Assembly: GCA_038496445.1 (NCBI GenBank) | Contig: JALMLS010000095.1 | Span: 1-43,896 of the forward strand | Direction of reading: 5' to 3' | DNA from: Trichosphaerium sp. ATCC 40318 | Taxonomy: Eukaryota; Protista; Tubulinea | DNA length: 43,896 nt | Shown: positions 20,245 through 31,874 of the stretch, piece by piece | How positions within the stretch are numbered: the first letter of the stretch is position 1 | How the letters are laid out: every line of letters begins with the position of its first letter | Made by a program: the position numbers and the translations under genes | The notes under the pieces: model-generated | Seen by the model: the letters and a program-made list of their open reading frames with translations, nothing else | Databases searched by the model: none | Told to the model about the DNA's origin: nothing

Positions 20245-21945
20245 AAGTTAGCGTATGATTTTGCGCTGAGTGAGTGCTAATGTGGACTTAACACATGCAA
20301 GGTAATATTCTATATTATTTAGAATGCCCGTAAGGTGAGTATTAATCGATATTAGCTAGCTATGTTAAGCAAAATAAGCTTAATAAAGTAAATAGATTTA
20401 TAATTTTTATATAAAGAGATACGAGTTTTTGACACATAGGAATGTATCGTAAATGATAAGTAGTAGGTTTAAGGTAAAGCTTACCTAGCCGAAGACCGTA
20501 CCAGGACTGAGAGGGTAAACTGGCACAGCGGGGAGAGATGACCCGAACGTTAAGGCGCAGCAGTGAGGGATTTTGGACAAGTTTAATGCACGATCCAGTT
20601 ATGCCGTGTGGCTAAATTTAGCACAGTTGTAGAAAGATTGTTCGCTTAAGAAGGCAGAGTCGAAAGTCAGTGAAATAATGATAATAGTGATAGTAATTAT
20701 TGGAAAGGCTGTCTAACTTCGTGCCAGCAGTCGCGGTAACACGGGGGCCCAAGTGCTACTCATCTTGATTGGTGTAAAGGGAAGTAAACTGTCCATAAAG
20801 TTTTGAGTAAAAAACTCGGGTTGATCTGAGGATAACTCATTTAACTTATGTCTTTGTATTTTTTTGAGTACGTGGTATTATAAATTAGGAGTAGAATTCT
20901 AAGATTTATAAGACCATCATGCGGAGCAATCGCGTACTGTGAAAGAATAGACGTTAGTAATCGAAAGCGTAGGGAGTGAAAAGATTAGATACCCTTGTAA
21001 TCTACGCTGTGACCGATGGATATTTGGCGCTGGACATCTAGGAGGTTTTAAATCCTTTGTGACTTGTACCGGTGGTGAAGCTTACGCGTAAATATCTCAC
21101 CTGGGGAAATATGTCGCAAGATGTAAACCTAAGAAATTGGCGGAGTGTATTACCAGCAGTGGATCATGTTGATTATCTGATGATCCGCGTTTAATCTTAC
21201 AAACCTAGATATATGCCCCAAGATAAAGTTATATTTATAAGTAGTAGGTTTTTTTCAAATTTATATTAAAAATTGAGAGAATACTTTAGGTCCAGGTGTT
21301 GCATGGCGCCGTCAGCTCGTGTAGTGATATGTCGCCTTACTGGATAAACGGGCGTACCCATGAAATTGAGTGAAAATAATAATACAATTTAGCAAATCAT
21401 GCAATATGATAGTTAGTAGTGATGACGACTGGTCGTCATGGCCTTAATGGTTTGGCTTCAAATGTGATACAACGTTGGTACAACAAGATGCTATTCATAA
21501 GTGATTAGCGCTAGTCTGATAAAACAATCTCTTGTTCGGATATTCCCTGAAATAGGAATATGAAGATGAATTGCTAGTAATCGCGGATCATCACACCGCG
21601 TGAATACTTGCCTGCGCTCGTACATACCGCCGTGGCCCAGCGAAAGCTGGGTGGCTGGACGTAGTTTAAATTAATCAAAAAAAAAATCAAAAAAGTTTGT
21701 ATTTTAAAGTAGAGTTTTCTTAGGAAAAGCAACTTTTTATGAAAAATAAACTAAATAGGGCAAGAAATAAAAAGATAATTTAAATTTAAATTATCTTTTT
21801 AACGTAAGCTAAAAGCGGTTGAGTAAATCTCCTGCTTTAAAAGATAATTAAAAAGTAGAAAAGATAAAAAAAAGGACTATAAAACCTATGTCAGCGATTG
21901 CTGTAACTCGTAACAGGGTAGTGTATCGGAAGGTGTAACTGATAA
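20245..21945 (+). rRNA. rns: Mitochondrial small-subunit rRNA (missing single bases at conserved sites)
   Basis: taacacatgcaag, gtgccagcagtcgcggtaa, gattagataccc, gtcagctcgtgt, gctagtaatcgc, tcgtaacagggta. Confidence 0.96.
21768..21801. repeat. 34-bp perfect palindrome within the rns 3' expansion
   Basis: taaaaagataatttaaa|tttaaattatcttttta. Confidence 0.9.
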
Positions 21946-22019
21946 AATTAAAAAAATTTAAAGGGTTATTTTAAATTTTATTTTAATAAAAAAATAAAAG
22001 AAGTAAAGAAAAGAGAAAG

Positions 22020-22718
22020 ATGTCAGTTTTGGAGCATTTTGATCCCGTAGTAAATAATTTAGGTTGTTTGTGTTTTCAAGTTGGTTTTTATTTTGGTAAG
22101 TTGTTTTTTTTTTTATGGATTTTTTTACGGTTTATTTTTTTTAAATTAAGTGTTTTAGGGATGGTTCTTTTAGTTTTTTTGAATTTATAGTTAATTTTGT
22201 TGGGGAGTAACTGGGAAATTAACGGTTGTTTTTTAAATAATAAAAATAAAAGAATATTAAACCTTTCATTTTTGTTGTTTTCGCGAGATTTTGTTTTTAA
22301 ATATAATAGCAATGATACCCGGAGATTATCAATTACAAGTTTTTGGGCAGTTGCATTTTTTTTTGCAGCGTAATTTGAATATATGCAGGTTTATTAAGGT
22401 TTATTTTAAACGAACTGGTTTATTACTTTATTTGTACCGGAAATAAAAGCGTAATTCTTTTTATTTTAATAATATAGAGTTTGTATCTTATATTTTAAGG
22501 TAGTTAGTCTACATGTGCGTTTAATGGCTAATATATTAGCTGGCACGCATTATTAAATGTTTATGCGCAGTGTTTTATGCGAGTATAGCTTATATTTACA
22601 AACAATTTTAATCGTAGTGACGTTTTAATTATGATTTTAGAATTTATAGTTGCGGCAATACAGCTTATATTTTCTTAATGTTAATGTGCTTTATTTAAGC
22701 GATTTTTTATCTAATTAA
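22020..22718 (+). CDS. atp6: ATP synthase subunit 6 cryptogene
   Basis: IEFVSY...VRLMANILAGHALL and LEFIVAAIQAYIF after single insertions. Confidence 0.93.
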
Positions 22719-22754
22719 ATTATTTAAATTTATAATAAAAAAGTGAAAAAGTTG

Positions 22755-22988
22755 ATGGATAAAAGGTTATTTGCGGAAGAATTTAAAATATTTACATTAT
22801 ATTTAAAATTATTAATAAGTGTTGATATTAACGCATATATAGAAATATCGCTTTTATGTCGACATATTATTTATTTTTTTTATGATTTATTTATTTGATA
22901 TATAAATTTAGAAATAAAACTAGATATTGTTAATAACTATTATAAAGGGGTTTACGACATTATAATTTGCAATATAGTGATAAAATAA
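22755..22988 (+). CDS. ORF77 (UGA=Trp), uninterrupted, unknown function
   Basis: MDKRLFAEEFKIFTLYLK...IVIK*, 78 codons without a frameshift, abutting cox3. Confidence 0.35.
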
Positions 22989-23774
22989 AAAATCGTCAAA
23001 GCATCGTTGGCATTATGTAGATGCTAGCCATGGCCTTTTTTTTTAAGTTATGGACGTTACTTTTATTTTTAGGGCTATTACGTGGATGCATTGTCAAAAT
23101 TGTGCCCTGGTTTATTTTTATTTGGTACAATGTGTCATTATTATCAGTTTATGGTTGGTGGCGTGATTTAGATAGAGAGTGATTTTAGGTCATAGAACAG
23201 TGTAATAGCAAGAAACTTACAATATGTTTTATTTTTTTTTTAGTTGCGGAATGATGTTTTTTGTACCTTTTTTTGCGCTTTTTTTTATTATGTTTGTGTT
23301 ATGTAGCTAGAATAGGAGGTAATGACCAGGTTGTGGTATAAGTAGCCCAGCGCCTTTTGTATACCTTTGATAAATACTTTATTATTATTATATTCAGTTT
23401 AATTTGTCAGGTAGCTACTATGGCTGTAGCCGCCGTGAATATTATCATGTTATTTGGGTTATGTGGTAACATTGGTTTTTGGATTATTATTTTTATTTAA
23501 TCAGTGATAGAATATTTTACATTACCTTTTAGTATAACCAGCGGGTTTTTGGAAGTACATCTTTATGTTAACAGGTTTACATGGTTGTCATGTAATAGCC
23601 GGTGAATTTTTTTGTGCGTATGTTTGGTCGATATCTACATATGGTTATAGTGCACGTATTTACAGGGATTTGCTTTTGCTAATTGTATTGACATTTTGTA
23701 GATGTTATTTGATAGTTTTATTTATAGGTGTTTATATGTGAACAGACTTTTTGAATGGAATAAAAGTGATTTAG
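22977..23774 (+). CDS. cox3: Cytochrome c oxidase subunit 3 cryptogene
   Basis: HRWHYVDASPWP, GSTFFMLTGLHGCHV, YWHFVDVIW (W=TGA); start approximate. Confidence 0.94.
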
Positions 23775-23842
23775 TTTTTAATATGCTTTATATTTATCAA
23801 TAGTGTTAAGTTACAGTGATAAAAAAAAAAAGAAAAAATATA

Positions 23843-24236
23843 ATGATTCAATAGATATTTTATTTTTTCAACAGAAATTATTTTATTATTTTTTACTTTA
23901 TTTATAGTATATTTTTTGTGTTTTTTTTTATATTAAAGGTATCTCAGAAATAACAAAATTGAGGTATGAATTAATGTTAAATATGTACAAGTAAATAAAT
24001 TGTATGTCTAGTTAAACAAAATGTCATTTAGTATAATTTTATTATTAGAAGAGGAATATTAAATTTATCATGTGTTTTTTTGTAACTCTTTTTTGTATTT
24101 AATTTTATGCTTATTAGAATTTTTTAGTTTAGAAGTTATTTTAGCTGACGTACTATTTTATTTTTTGTTTTATTATTATATTTGAACTGAGCAATATTGT
24201 TGGAGGGTTTGGTTCTTTATAGTTTTAAAGCGTTAA
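23843..24236 (+). CDS. atp8: Probable ATP synthase subunit 8 cryptogene
   Basis: MIQ[I]D start, hydrophobic stretch, then ISEITKLR; resembles MPQLD...I..ILKLR. Confidence 0.55.
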
Positions 24237-24240
24237 TAAA

Positions 24241-26208
24241 ATGGAAAGGCTTAATATTATTACGGTTAAAAAAATTAAAAAAATATAAAATAAATGGACG
24301 ATCATGTAATTTCTTATCATTTTAATGGTTTAGGTAAGTAAGCTACGTTGCAGATGAGTAGTTTATGCTATAGAATCATGAAAGTGAGTGCTGGTGAGCG
24401 AGTAGTTTTTGCAGATGGAGGACTTTAGGAGTAGTTATGAACTTAGAAGCTAAGAGAATAGTATCTTAGTTTTCGGACGAGATATAGTATTCAAATAGGT
24501 GATTTTTTATTTTGAACTGGTAAAGTTTTAAATGTGAACGTTGCGCGTATAAAAGTGGTTTTATAGGTGATGGTTTAGTCAATCTTTAGTTGTTAAAAAA
24601 TATATAAATTGTAGTGGGTTGTAGTTTTTGATTCTATAGAGAGTTATTCTGAGTATGATGGACTAATTGATGATTTGGCGAAAAATTTTTAGAGTTTTAA
24701 GGAATGGGAATATATTACATGGGATTCTTATCTTTATAGGAGAAGAATAAGCATATAGTAAATACTGTAATATTATTCAAAGTACAAATGGTTTATTGCT
24801 GGTAATTTAGTTTTACCTTTATAATGCAAACTCAACAAACAAAAGAAATTTGCCTTTATTTTGTTTGTTGGAAATCTATTAGGTCAGTTTGGTAGTAAAG
24901 AAATTGTACATCAATAAAAATAGATTTTTACAATACATAAGGATCCAAAATTTTACAGATTACAAACAATGTGAAACATCATAATTATTATTATCAGCAA
25001 GTTAATTTAAATATGTTGAGAAAAAAGCTCCAGGATTATAAGAAGAACATCAATAGCTCAAGCTTTGGAAACTGTGTTAAAGCAATAGATTCTATGTACC
25101 AATAGGAAAAGTCAAAGGGAATTAGTTTTGGGAGATAGACAGACAGAAAAACAGCAATTTGTTTAGATACATAATACATCAAAGTAGAGAATTTAGAAGA
25201 AAAAGCCAAGATTTGGTGCAGTAAATGTATTTTTAATGCTATTTATGTAGCTATAGGTCAAAAAATGTCAACGTTAAAAGAATAGCATGTTATTAAAAAT
25301 GAAAAATTGTTGAAGAATGTAACTTTAATATGTTCAACTGCAAGTTCAGCAATGGTTATCAATATTTAGCTCCTTATGTAGTACATCTATAGGAGAATAT
25401 TGAAGAGAATTGGGTATGGATGCTTTAATTATATATGATGATTTAAGTAAGCATGCTAATATTTATAGCAAATATCTCTTTTATTGGGTCGTCCTCCAGG
25501 ACGAGAAGCTTATCCTGGGATGTTTTTTATTTGCATTCTCGTTTATTAGAAAGATCCGCAAAATTAGTGAATCTTGGGCTGTATGGCGTTGTGGTTTAAC
25601 GCGCTATGAAAATGAGAACATGTGTAGAGAGATTAGGAGAACTTTAACAGCGTTACCTATAGCAGAAACTATAGAAGAGATGTATCAGCTTATATACCAA
25701 CAAACTTAATTTCTATTACGATGGACAAATTGTTTTAGATACAAACTTGTTTAAAAAAGGGTAAGACCTGCTGTTAATTTAGGTTATCTGTAAGTAGGGT
25801 AGGTCAATGGCTCAAAGTAAAATGATGAATATTTAGCAAAAGATTTAAAATTAGAATTGGCTCAATTTCGTGAGTTGAAGATTTTGCTAAATTTGATCGT
25901 CTTTAGATGAGGCTACCTTAAATTTAATAATAGAGGTCAAAGATTAATACAAATGATGTTCAAAAAAATAAAATGCCGATGCAACAGATCATCAGTTGTT
26001 ATCTTTGTTTGCAGCATCTGAAGTTTTTTAGATAATATTGCTGTAAATAAGTAGCTACTTTTGAAAATATTATGCATAAAGTAAGTATAGAAACAGTATA
26101 TTTGGTAGAAATTGGTTTAAGATAATATAAGAAAACGTCAGTAAAGTTAAATGTAAAAAAATTAAATGCTTTTTTGAAGAGTTTGCAGATTGTTTTGTTT
26201 TAATTTAA
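24241..26208 (+). CDS. atp1: ATP synthase F1 alpha cryptogene with a large insertion
   Basis: EKKAPGII, ELVLGDRQTGKT (Walker A), [47 protein letters not shown]. Confidence 0.96.
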
Positions 26209-26223
26209 AAAATTAGTTAAAGT

Positions 26224-27425
26224 ATGTTGCTAAAGCAGAATCTACGGGGAAAGAGGTCTTTAAGCGTGTAAAGCCGCATGTAACAATAGAACTATAGGGC
26301 ACGTAGATCATGGTAAACAACGTTAACATCAGCAATAACTCAGGTATTATCGTTTTATACAGAACTAAAATTTTAATTATGATGAAATTGATAAAACTCC
26401 AGAAGAAAGGCGCGTGGGATTACTATAAACGCATTACATGTGAATATGAAACGGAAACAGACATTATACACATGTTGATTGCCCAGGACATCAGATTTTA
26501 TGAAGAATATGATAATAGGAGCAATCCAGATGACGGAGTTATTTTAGTAGTAGCTTGACAGATGGTCCTCAAGAACAAACAAGGGACATATAATATTAAT
26601 AAGTCAAGTAGGTATTAAAAATTTGGTGCTTTTTTTAATAAATTAGATGCTATATTGACCCGAATTTAAAAGATTTAGTATCTTTGGAAACTTAGAGCTT
26701 TTAGAAACTTATGTTATGAAGATGTACCTTTCTCTGTGGGATCGGCGCATGAGCTATGAACGAAGTGGAAGAAAAGGGTTTTTCAGAAAATGGCATAAAA
26801 GTGTAAAAGAATTAATGCGCTAATAGATGAAAAAATACCTTTACAGTTAGAAATAAAGATGATCGTTTATAATGCCTATAGAAGATGTTTATACAATTCA
26901 GGTCGAGGTACTGTAGTATCGGATGCATAGAACAAGGTATTGTAAAAAGTGTCAAGATTTGGAATTGGTAGGTTCTGATGTAATAAAAACAACATGTTAC
27001 GTGTAGAAATGTTTCATAAATAATGAACGATGCTATGGCGGGTGAAAATGTTGGGTTTTAATAAAAGTGTAAAAAGAAAACAAGTTATACGAGAATGGTT
27101 TTATGTGATTTAAAAGCGTTGTGCCTAAAAATGAATTTAGAGCGCAGTCTATATTTTGACAAGAAAAGAGGGAGGAAGAAAAAACCATTTAGTTCTGTTT
27201 TCAACCTCAATTTTTTTTTAGAACATCTAATGTTACGGGACAATAAAGGTTTTAAATGAGGATGAAGTAATTTTACCTGGGCAAATGAAAAAATAGAGTA
27301 AAGTTGATGTCTAAAGTTGCGTTAAATGAAAATTACAATTTACAATAAGAGAAGGACAAATACAGTAGGTAAGGAAAAATAATAGGTAAAATCAGCAAAA
27401 GTTGGGAGTTAGATAAATTTAATAG
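26224..27425 (+). CDS. tufA: Elongation factor Tu cryptogene
   Basis: [66 protein letters not shown].TVG.G; 3' end lies near the fold junction. Confidence 0.96.
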
Positions 27426-27451
27426 ACACCAGGTTATAGGCCTATTGGTAG

Positions 27452-28188
27452 CATATTAAGTCTGTTCACATATAAACACCTGTCAATACAATTAGCTCCC
27501 TGTAAATACGTGCACTATAACCATATGTAGATATCGACCAAACATACGCACAAAAAAATTCACCGGCTATTACATGACAACCATGTAAACCTGTTAACAT
27601 AAAGATGTACTTCCAAAAACCCGCTGGTTATACTAAAAGGTAATGTAAAATATTCTATCACTGATTAAATAAAAATAATAATCCAAAAACCAATGTTACC
27701 ACATAACCCAAATAACATGATAATATTCACGGCGGCTACAGCCATAGTAGCTACCTGACAAATTAAACTGAATATAATAATAATAAAGTATTTATCAAAG
27801 GTATACAAAAGGCGCTGGGCTACTTATACCACAACCTGGTCATTACCTCCTATTCTAGCTACATAACACAAACATAATAAAAAAAAGCGCAAAAAAAGGT
27901 ACAAAAAACATCATTCCGCAACTAAAAAAAAAATAAAACATATTGTAAGTTTCTTGCTATTACACTGTTCTATGACCTAAAATCACTCTCTATCTAAATC
28001 ACGCCACCAACCATAAACTGATAATAATGACACATTGTACCAAATAAAAATAAACCAGGGCACAATTTTGACAATGCATCCACGTAATAGCCCTAAAAAT
28101 AAAAGTAACGTCCATAACTTAAAAAAAAAGGCCATGGCTAGCATCTACATAATGCCAACGATGCTTTGACGATTTTTTATTTTATCAC
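27452..28188 (-). CDS. cox3: cox3 cryptogene (copy 3; 3' end corrupted by deletions at the junction)
   Basis: Mirror of 22977-23774. Confidence 0.85.
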
Positions 28189-28446
28189 TATATTGCAAAT
28201 TATAATGTCGTAAACCCCTTTATAATAGTTATTAACAATATCTAGTTTTATTTCTAAATTTATATATCAAATAAATAAATCATAAAAAAAATAAATAATA
28301 TGTCGACATAAAAGCGATATTTCTATATATGCGTTAATATCAACACTTATTAATAATTTTAAATATAATGTAAATATTTTAAATTCTTCCGCAAATAACC
28401 TTTTATCCATCAACTTTTTCACTTTTTTATTATAAATTTAAATAAT

Positions 28447-29145
28447 TTAATTAGATAAAAAATCGCTTAAATAAAGCACATTAACATTAAGAAAATATAA
28501 GCTGTATTGCCGCAACTATAAATTCTAAAATCATAATTAAAACGTCACTACGATTAAAATTGTTTGTAAATATAAGCTATACTCGCATAAAACACTGCGC
28601 ATAAACATTTAATAATGCGTGCCAGCTAATATATTAGCCATTAAACGCACATGTAGACTAACTACCTTAAAATATAAGATACAAACTCTATATTATTAAA
28701 ATAAAAAGAATTACGCTTTTATTTCCGGTACAAATAAAGTAATAAACCAGTTCGTTTAAAATAAACCTTAATAAACCTGCATATATTCAAATTACGCTGC
28801 AAAAAAAAATGCAACTGCCCAAAAACTTGTAATTGATAATCTCCGGGTATCATTGCTATTATATTTAAAAACAAAATCTCGCGAAAACAACAAAAATGAA
28901 AGGTTTAATATTCTTTTATTTTTATTATTTAAAAAACAACCGTTAATTTCCCAGTTACTCCCCAACAAAATTAACTATAAATTCAAAAAAACTAAAAGAA
29001 CCATCCCTAAAACACTTAATTTAAAAAAAATAAACCGTAAAAAAATCCATAAAAAAAAAAACAACTTACCAAAATAAAAACCAACTTGAAAACACAAACA
29101 ACCTAAATTATTTACTACGGGATCAAAATGCTCCAAAACTGACAT
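28447..29145 (-). CDS. atp6: atp6 cryptogene (copy 3)
   Basis: Mirror of 22020-22718. Confidence 0.9.
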
Positions 29146-29219
29146 CTTTCTCTTTTCTTTACTTCTTTTATTTTTTTATTAAAATAAAATTTAAAATAAC
29201 CCTTTAAATTTTTTTAATT

Positions 29220-30920
29220 TTATCAGTTACACCTTCCGATACACTACCCTGTTACGAGTTACAGCAATCGCTGACATAGGTTTTATAGTCCTTTTTTTTA
29301 TCTTTTCTACTTTTTAATTATCTTTTAAAGCAGGAGATTTACTCAACCGCTTTTAGCTTACGTTAAAAAGATAATTTAAATTTAAATTATCTTTTTATTT
29401 CTTGCCCTATTTAGTTTATTTTTCATAAAAAGTTGCTTTTCCTAAGAAAACTCTACTTTAAAATACAAACTTTTTTGATTTTTTTTTTGATTAATTTAAA
29501 CTACGTCCAGCCACCCAGCTTTCGCTGGGCCACGGCGGTATGTACGAGCGCAGGCAAGTATTCACGCGGTGTGATGATCCGCGATTACTAGCAATTCATC
29601 TTCATATTCCTATTTCAGGGAATATCCGAACAAGAGATTGTTTTATCAGACTAGCGCTAATCACTTATGAATAGCATCTTGTTGTACCAACGTTGTATCA
29701 CATTTGAAGCCAAACCATTAAGGCCATGACGACCAGTCGTCATCACTACTAACTATCATATTGCATGATTTGCTAAATTGTATTATTATTTTCACTCAAT
29801 TTCATGGGTACGCCCGTTTATCCAGTAAGGCGACATATCACTACACGAGCTGACGGCGCCATGCAACACCTGGACCTAAAGTATTCTCTCAATTTTTAAT
29901 ATAAATTTGAAAAAAACCTACTACTTATAAATATAACTTTATCTTGGGGCATATATCTAGGTTTGTAAGATTAAACGCGGATCATCAGATAATCAACATG
30001 ATCCACTGCTGGTAATACACTCCGCCAATTTCTTAGGTTTACATCTTGCGACATATTTCCCCAGGTGAGATATTTACGCGTAAGCTTCACCACCGGTACA
30101 AGTCACAAAGGATTTAAAACCTCCTAGATGTCCAGCGCCAAATATCCATCGGTCACAGCGTAGATTACAAGGGTATCTAATCTTTTCACTCCCTACGCTT
30201 TCGATTACTAACGTCTATTCTTTCACAGTACGCGATTGCTCCGCATGATGGTCTTATAAATCTTAGAATTCTACTCCTAATTTATAATACCACGTACTCA
30301 AAAAAATACAAAGACATAAGTTAAATGAGTTATCCTCAGATCAACCCGAGTTTTTTACTCAAAACTTTATGGACAGTTTACTTCCCTTTACACCAATCAA
30401 GATGAGTAGCACTTGGGCCCCCGTGTTACCGCGACTGCTGGCACGAAGTTAGACAGCCTTTCCAATAATTACTATCACTATTATCATTATTTCACTGACT
30501 TTCGACTCTGCCTTCTTAAGCGAACAATCTTTCTACAACTGTGCTAAATTTAGCCACACGGCATAACTGGATCGTGCATTAAACTTGTCCAAAATCCCTC
30601 ACTGCTGCGCCTTAACGTTCGGGTCATCTCTCCCCGCTGTGCCAGTTTACCCTCTCAGTCCTGGTACGGTCTTCGGCTAGGTAAGCTTTACCTTAAACCT
30701 ACTACTTATCATTTACGATACATTCCTATGTGTCAAAAACTCGTATCTCTTTATATAAAAATTATAAATCTATTTACTTTATTAAGCTTATTTTGCTTAA
30801 CATAGCTAGCTAATATCGATTAATACTCACCTTACGGGCATTCTAAATAATATAGAATATTACCTTGCATGTGTTAAGTCCACATTAGCACTCACTCAGC
30901 GCAAAATCATACGCTAACTT
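29220..30920 (-). rRNA. rns: SSU rRNA (copy 3)
   Basis: Mirror of 20245-21945. Confidence 0.95.
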
Positions 30921-30952
30921 TTACTTGTTTTTACACCAACTACCTTTAATAA

Positions 30953-31874
30953 CGAGCAAATCGGACTTGAACCGATATCTGAAAGGCCGACAACTTCTAT
31001 TTTACCTTTTAAACTATTGGCCCTTTTTTGGATAGCAGACTCGAACCTGCACTTTTGGCTCCAAAGCCAACACTCTACCTTTTAAGTTATACCCTGTTTT
31101 TTTTTTGGAGGCCGGACTCGAACCGATCTCCTCAAGGGTCATGAGCCTGCGAGCTAACCTATACTCCACTCCCGATTTTTCAGTGACGGGACTTGAACCG
31201 CACGTTTTTTCAAACACAAATTTTGAATCTGACGTGTCTACATTCCACCACACTGACTTTTTCAGGCCGGACTTGAACCGACATCAAAGATTTTGGAAAC
31301 CTCTATTTTACCAATTAAACTACTGATACCTTTTTAACTTCGGGCGACAGGCATCGAACTGCAACCTTTGGGTTAAAAACCCACTGCTCTACCTATTAAG
31401 CTACGCCCCCTCCCTAACGCGGTGGGATTCGAACCACGAAGAGAAAAACTCAATAAATTTACAATCTACTCCTTTAACCACTTGGATACACGTACTTTTG
31501 TTGGGTAGTTGATTCGAACCAACGTAACTTATTCAAAATCAAGCGCCTAACCTCTCGGCATACCCATTTAGCCCAGTGGACTCGAACCCACATCTTACAA
31601 CTTATGAGTTGCTGTTTTTGCCTTTAAACTATAGTTCTTTAAAAAAAATATCCACGTTGGACTTGAACCAACATCGCCGAATTGAAAATACGTATCCTAA
31701 CCTTTAGACGACGCAGACTTTGGCTCGTAACGGAATTGAACCGTTATTACACTATTTGCAATAGTATGGATTAACCGTTATCCTAACGAGCCTTTTTCAG
31801 TGACGGGACTTGAACCGCACGTTTTTTCAAACACGAGATCTAAATCCGACGTGTCTACATTCCACCACACTGAC
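30953..31874 (-). tRNA. Cluster of 12 tRNAs (L, C, E, CAT, Q, Y, K, W, L, fM, P, D), copy 3
   Basis: Mirror of 19291-20212. Confidence 0.9.

Larger units (their letters stand above)
10041..23786. repeat. Copy 2 (+): inverted repeat of ~27451-41143
   Basis: Mirror axis x+x'=51165 (11211<->39954; 22088..22312<->28853..29077). Confidence 0.95.

Noticed and set aside
22088-22312. 74-aa Lys-rich ORF (and 28853-29077); also 845-1129, 1998-2210 and 42748-42930
   Set aside because: Antisense to genes on the coding strand; compositional artefacts
25410-26558. 99-aa and 82-aa track ORFs as standalone genes
   Set aside because: Frame mosaics of the atp1 and tufA cryptogenes
12480-27425. Decayed pseudogenes, NUMT or degenerate endosymbiont genome
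   Set aside because: The lesions I resolved are all single -1 gaps, catalytic motifs are intact, and ORFans are unaffected. Gene content is mitochondrial. Not formally excluded without RNA data.
12480-27425. Physarum-type C-insertion editing
   Set aside because: Many sites require G, A or T (Gly codons G[G]A and G[G]T, Asn A[A]T, Asp [G]AC, tRNA T-stem G)
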